Source of the DNA: Desulfobacteraceae bacterium | Lineage (GTDB): Bacteria; Desulfobacterota; Desulfobacteria; Desulfobacterales; JAABSP01 | Direction of reading: 5' to 3' | NCBI GenBank assembly: GCA_011390345.1 | Contig: JAABSP010000008.1 | Location: 21,277 to 85,276 of the forward strand | DNA length: 64,000 nucleotides | Part shown: positions 60,926 to 64,000 of the stretch, piece by piece | How positions within the stretch are numbered: position 1 is the first letter of the stretch | How the letters are laid out: each line of letters opens with the position of its first letter | Translations under genes and position numbers: made by a program | Notes under the pieces: model-generated | What the model was told of the DNA's origin: nothing | The model's database searches: none | The model's input: only the letters and a program-made list of their open reading frames with translations

Positions 60926-61813
60926 TTATGAAAAGATGGAGGAAAAGTCCCGATAAAAATCCTGTGATTCCGGAATTGCCCCCTGTATCCTGCAGATTTT
61001 GCTGGCGAACCGGGTGGCGGTCTCCAGCGTCTTTTTCGGGGGCCACCCCTTTAGAATTCCGATGGCCAGAACCGAGGTAAATGCGTCGCCCGCGCCCACC
61101 GTATCCACAATCTTCAGATCCTTTTCCGGCTCGGCCTCGACCCTCTCGCTTTCCGTATAGAGGCGGCTGCCGGCCCCGCCAAGGGTGAGACAGATCATTT
61201 CGATGGGATAATTTCCAAAAAGATGTTCGATAAACGCGTCATCCCCGCGGCCAAAGGAGAGCAGCCCACGAATGGCCGGCAGCTCCTCATCGTTGAGCTT
61301 GAGGATATGGCACTGGTCCAGGGAGGCTTCGACGATCTTGCGGTTATAGCAATCGGGCCGCAGGTTGACATCGTAGAGGGTCCGGGTCTTCTCCCCCCGA
61401 TCTGCCAGCATCTTCTGGACGTTTTGGAATCCGTGATCGGTTCGCTGGATCAATGTGCCGTAATATATGAGATCAGCCCGGGAAAGCATCGGGGAGAGAT
61501 CCGGGGAGTAAGTGATGTGATCATAGGCCACATCCCGGACGATGTCGAAGGATGCGCTGCCGTCGGGCTTTACGGTCACGATCACTTCGCCGGTTTTGTG
61601 ATCCTCATCCATCTGGATGTACTCTGCGTCGAATCCATTCGCCTTTAAAAATGAGAGGATCTCCTCTCCGTTGCTCTCCTTGCCCACGCGGCTGATAAAT
61701 CGGGTTTCAAACCCAAGCGCATGGGTATGGAAGGCAAAATTGAAGGGGGCCCCGCCCATCCGTTTTCCATTCGGAAACCGATCAAAGAGGATTTCTCCGA
61801 TGGATACGATCAT
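60926..61813 (-). CDS. Fructokinase (PfkB family)
   Basis: MIVSIGEILFDRFPNGKRMGGAPFNFAFH... and DTVGAGDAFTS. It lies directly upstream of the sucrose synthase gene. Confidence 0.88.
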   Translation of the reverse strand: MIVSIGEILFDRFPNGKRMGGAPFNFAFHTHALGFETRFISRVGKESNGEEILSFLKANGFDAEYIQMDEDHKTGEVIVTVKPDGSASFDIVRDVAYDHITYSPDLSPMLSRADLIYYGTLIQRTDHGFQNVQKMLADRGEKTRTLYDVNLRPDCYNRKIVEASLDQCHILKLNDEELPAIRGLLSFGRGDDAFIEHLFGNYPIEMICLTLGGAGSRLYTESERVEAEPEKDLKIVDTVGAGDAFTSVLAIGILKGWPPKKTLETATRFASKICRIQGAIPESQDFYRDFSSIFS

Positions 61814-62027
61814 GGCTTCTCTCCTTCTTCCCTTTTGGATGGTGTTGGTGGATATTTCTCCATTTCTCTGCCATTCCCCCTATTTAAACATATTTTATCT
61901 GAAAAAGAAAGCGTGTCGAAACCGGATGAATCCCGCAAATGTTTGCTTTCCCGGGCCGAGTGGCGTAAAAATAGAGAGGATGAAGGTGAAGGCAGAACCG
62001 TAAAAATATTTAAAAAGGAGAGAGGTT

Positions 62028-62909
62028 ATGAGGAGATTGAGCTTGAAGAGCGGATGCTGGATGTTGGCGTTTTTTCTGGTCTTATTTTCCGCAGCGAGCG
62101 GAGCGGAGACCGAAGAGATTGAAAGAGGGAGGGGAGGGGAGCCGTCCGCGGTCATTCCGGGAAAAAGGCTCTTCTCCCCTCTGATCGCGGATCCCCGTTG
62201 GCCCCATTTTTCGGCCAGCTACCAATATTATATGGATGACGAGGAACTGGAGAGCGTCGGGGCCACGAGCTTCGGGGAGACCTTCGGCATCTTTCGGGGA
62301 GACAATTTTTTAAACGGCCTGTGGCAGTTGAACATCCAGGCCGGGGTATTTGCCATCTTCAATCTCGATGCCGACTCCAATGATCTGGTCAATGCGGACT
62401 ACTGGGTCGGATTTCCCTTCAGTTGCCGGTGGGACGGCTTTTCAACGATCTTCAGGATCTTCCATCAGAGTTCCCATCTCGGAGATGAGTATCTTCTGAG
62501 AAACCGGGTGGATCGGGTCAATCTCAGTTATGAGGCCCTCGATCTGAAGCTCTCCTATGAGCCCTGGAAATGGCTGCGGGTGTACGGCGGCGGCGGATAC
62601 CTGATCCGCCATGAGCCCGATGACCTTGAACCGGCATCCCTCCAGTACGGCCTGGAGTTGAGAAGCCCGCAGACCTGGATGGGCCGGCATGTCCGGCCCC
62701 TCATCGGGGTAGATATCCAGGAGTGGGAGGAGAACGACTGGGATTCGGATATCTCGATCCGGGGGGGCTTGCAGTTCGAAGGGCAGGAAGGGGGGGCCGG
62801 AAGCCGGTTTCAGATCATGATCGAATACTATACCGGGAACTCTCCTCACGGGCAGTTCTACGAGCGGGACATCGAAAGCCTCGGGATCGGCATCCACTAC
62901 TACTTTTAA
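62028..62909 (+). CDS. Outer-membrane beta-barrel-like protein, DUF1207-like
   Basis: Signal peptide, an LFSPLIADPRWPHF block, and a C-terminal aromatic residue (YYF). Family assignment is from memory of the motif. Confidence 0.55.
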   Translation: MRRLSLKSGCWMLAFFLVLFSAASGAETEEIERGRGGEPSAVIPGKRLFSPLIADPRWPHFSASYQYYMDDEELESVGATSFGETFGIFRGDNFLNGLWQLNIQAGVFAIFNLDADSNDLVNADYWVGFPFSCRWDGFSTIFRIFHQSSHLGDEYLLRNRVDRVNLSYEALDLKLSYEPWKWLRVYGGGGYLIRHEPDDLEPASLQYGLELRSPQTWMGRHVRPLIGVDIQEWEENDWDSDISIRGGLQFEGQEGGAGSRFQIMIEYYTGNSPHGQFYERDIESLGIGIHYYF

Positions 62910-62975
62910 AATGGATTTACCGTCCTGCGGGGCCGAGGGAAGCCGGCATCCCGGCCCCGCGTCTTTCTCCGTTCT

Positions 62976-63911
62976 TCAGTGAACGATATACTTTTTCGGA
63001 TTGACGCGCTTTCCGTTGACGGAGACCTCATAGTGGACATGGGGGCCGGTGCTTCTGCCGGTATTGCCCACGAGCGCGATGATCTCTCCTTTTTTGACCG
63101 GGTCCCCCAGCTTCTTCTTGAATTTCGAGATGTGCGCGTATCGGGTGCGGGTTCCGTAGCCGTGGTCGACGATCATCACATTTCCGAAGGAGCCGTCATA
63201 CGCGGCAAAGACCACCTTTCCGTGGGCCGCGGCCCGGATCGGCGCACCGTGGCCCGTAGCGATATCGAGCCCCTCGTGGAACTCCCGCTCCCCGGTGAAG
63301 GGGGAGGCGCGCATGCCGTAGGTGGAGGTGACCCGGCCCGTTACGGGAGAGATGGAAGGAGTGGCATTCAAAAGATCCCGCTGACGGTTCAAGGCATTCA
63401 GCAGGGCTTTTAAGCCCTCCTCCTGATCGGCAAGAGAGGTGTCGAGCTGGCCGATCTGGTCGTAGATCTCCCGGATGATCCGGTGGTGATCCTTGGTCAG
63501 ATCGATGCTGCCGTCCAGATCGAGGGGGATGGAGCCGCCAATCCCCTCGAGGGACTGGGGGGATTCTTTTTTAACGAACTCGGAGACCTTTCGGATCTCC
63601 TGTTCCATACGGTTCAAAACGATGAGCTTCAGTTTCAGCGAATTGACCTGCTCGGCAAAGTCTTCGAGGTGCTTCTGCTGATTATTGATCCGCTGCTGCT
63701 GGAGGGATATTTTGTCCTGCTGGTTTTCCACGACCGATTCCAGCTTTACCTTGATCGCGACCGCATCCTGGAGATGCCAGTACTCATAAAGGCTGTACCC
63801 CCAGATGAAAATAAAAAGGGCTATGCAAAAGATGATGATGTCATGGAATAAACCGCTTTTTCTGCTGGAAAAGGGCTCCTTACGAGCTAGTAAGATCCGC
63901 TCTCCTTGCAT
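62976..63911 (-). CDS. M23-family peptidoglycan metalloendopeptidase with N-terminal TM and coiled coil
   Basis: Contains HEGLDIA and GNTGRSTGPHVHYEV (LytM motifs). Confidence 0.9.
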   Translation of the reverse strand: MQGERILLARKEPFSSRKSGLFHDIIIFCIALFIFIWGYSLYEYWHLQDAVAIKVKLESVVENQQDKISLQQQRINNQQKHLEDFAEQVNSLKLKLIVLNRMEQEIRKVSEFVKKESPQSLEGIGGSIPLDLDGSIDLTKDHHRIIREIYDQIGQLDTSLADQEEGLKALLNALNRQRDLLNATPSISPVTGRVTSTYGMRASPFTGEREFHEGLDIATGHGAPIRAAAHGKVVFAAYDGSFGNVMIVDHGYGTRTRYAHISKFKKKLGDPVKKGEIIALVGNTGRSTGPHVHYEVSVNGKRVNPKKYIVH

Positions 63912-64000
63912 TCTCTGTCCTCGATGGGTTTGGGGTTGTCAATAAGTATCTGATCCCGAGTCATTCACCGTTTCAATCCATCGTCTCCTTAACAGAATTT

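Overview
This is a GC-rich, densely coding bacterial chromosomal segment with about 60 protein genes. I found no rRNA, tRNA, CRISPR array, transposase or integrase. The gene content (NarG, BcrA/BadF-type activase, small ferredoxins, selenocysteine use, PilZ, many zinc-ribbon proteins) suggests an anaerobic Desulfobacterota/deltaproteobacterial-type genome; that placement is inference only. From 1 to 24 kb the genes are mostly housekeeping: the narG 5' end (truncated by the window edge and absent from the ORF track), vapBC, a giant GlmS-like protein, a PBP, metG, PSP1/RicT, holB, HU/IHF, a NusG paralogue coupled to lptD, surE, a YhaM-like nuclease, tmk, a cysteine synthase fused to a CysRS-like module, ferredoxin, ogt, AMMECR1 and ppiD. 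From 24 to 35 kb there is a cobalamin riboswitch with terminator upstream of cobT, an orphan solute-binding protein, and a tight co-directional cluster. That cluster holds zinc-ribbon proteins, a DAG-kinase-like gene, a metallophosphoesterase, a CoADR/Nox homologue with an in-frame TGA (predicted selenoprotein with SECIS), a TrkA-C membrane protein and an AAA ATPase. From 35 to 47 kb lie MscS, a DedA/TVP38-like gene with a start-codon/frameshift problem, three small proteins with a TrxR-like flavoprotein, a ~600-nt ORF-free gap, orphan MoxR, an acyl-CoA ligase, PilZ, and two DHA2 MFS pumps around a TIM-barrel isomerase. From 48 to 64 kb lie a 1465-aa double activase/DUF2229 fusion, a NifX-like and FmdB pair, rlmD, a decayed response regulator next to an AT-rich patch, a DUF1566 protein, a sucrose synthase-fructokinase operon, a DUF1207-like OMP and an M23 peptidase. 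The most unusual items are the CysK-CysRS-like fusion with degenerate HIGH/KMSKS motifs, the selenoprotein-containing translationally coupled cluster, the double-size GlmS-like protein, and a pair of diverged zinc-ribbon/HEAT paralogues 27 kb apart. All functional interpretations of these are hypotheses that need database and experimental checks.
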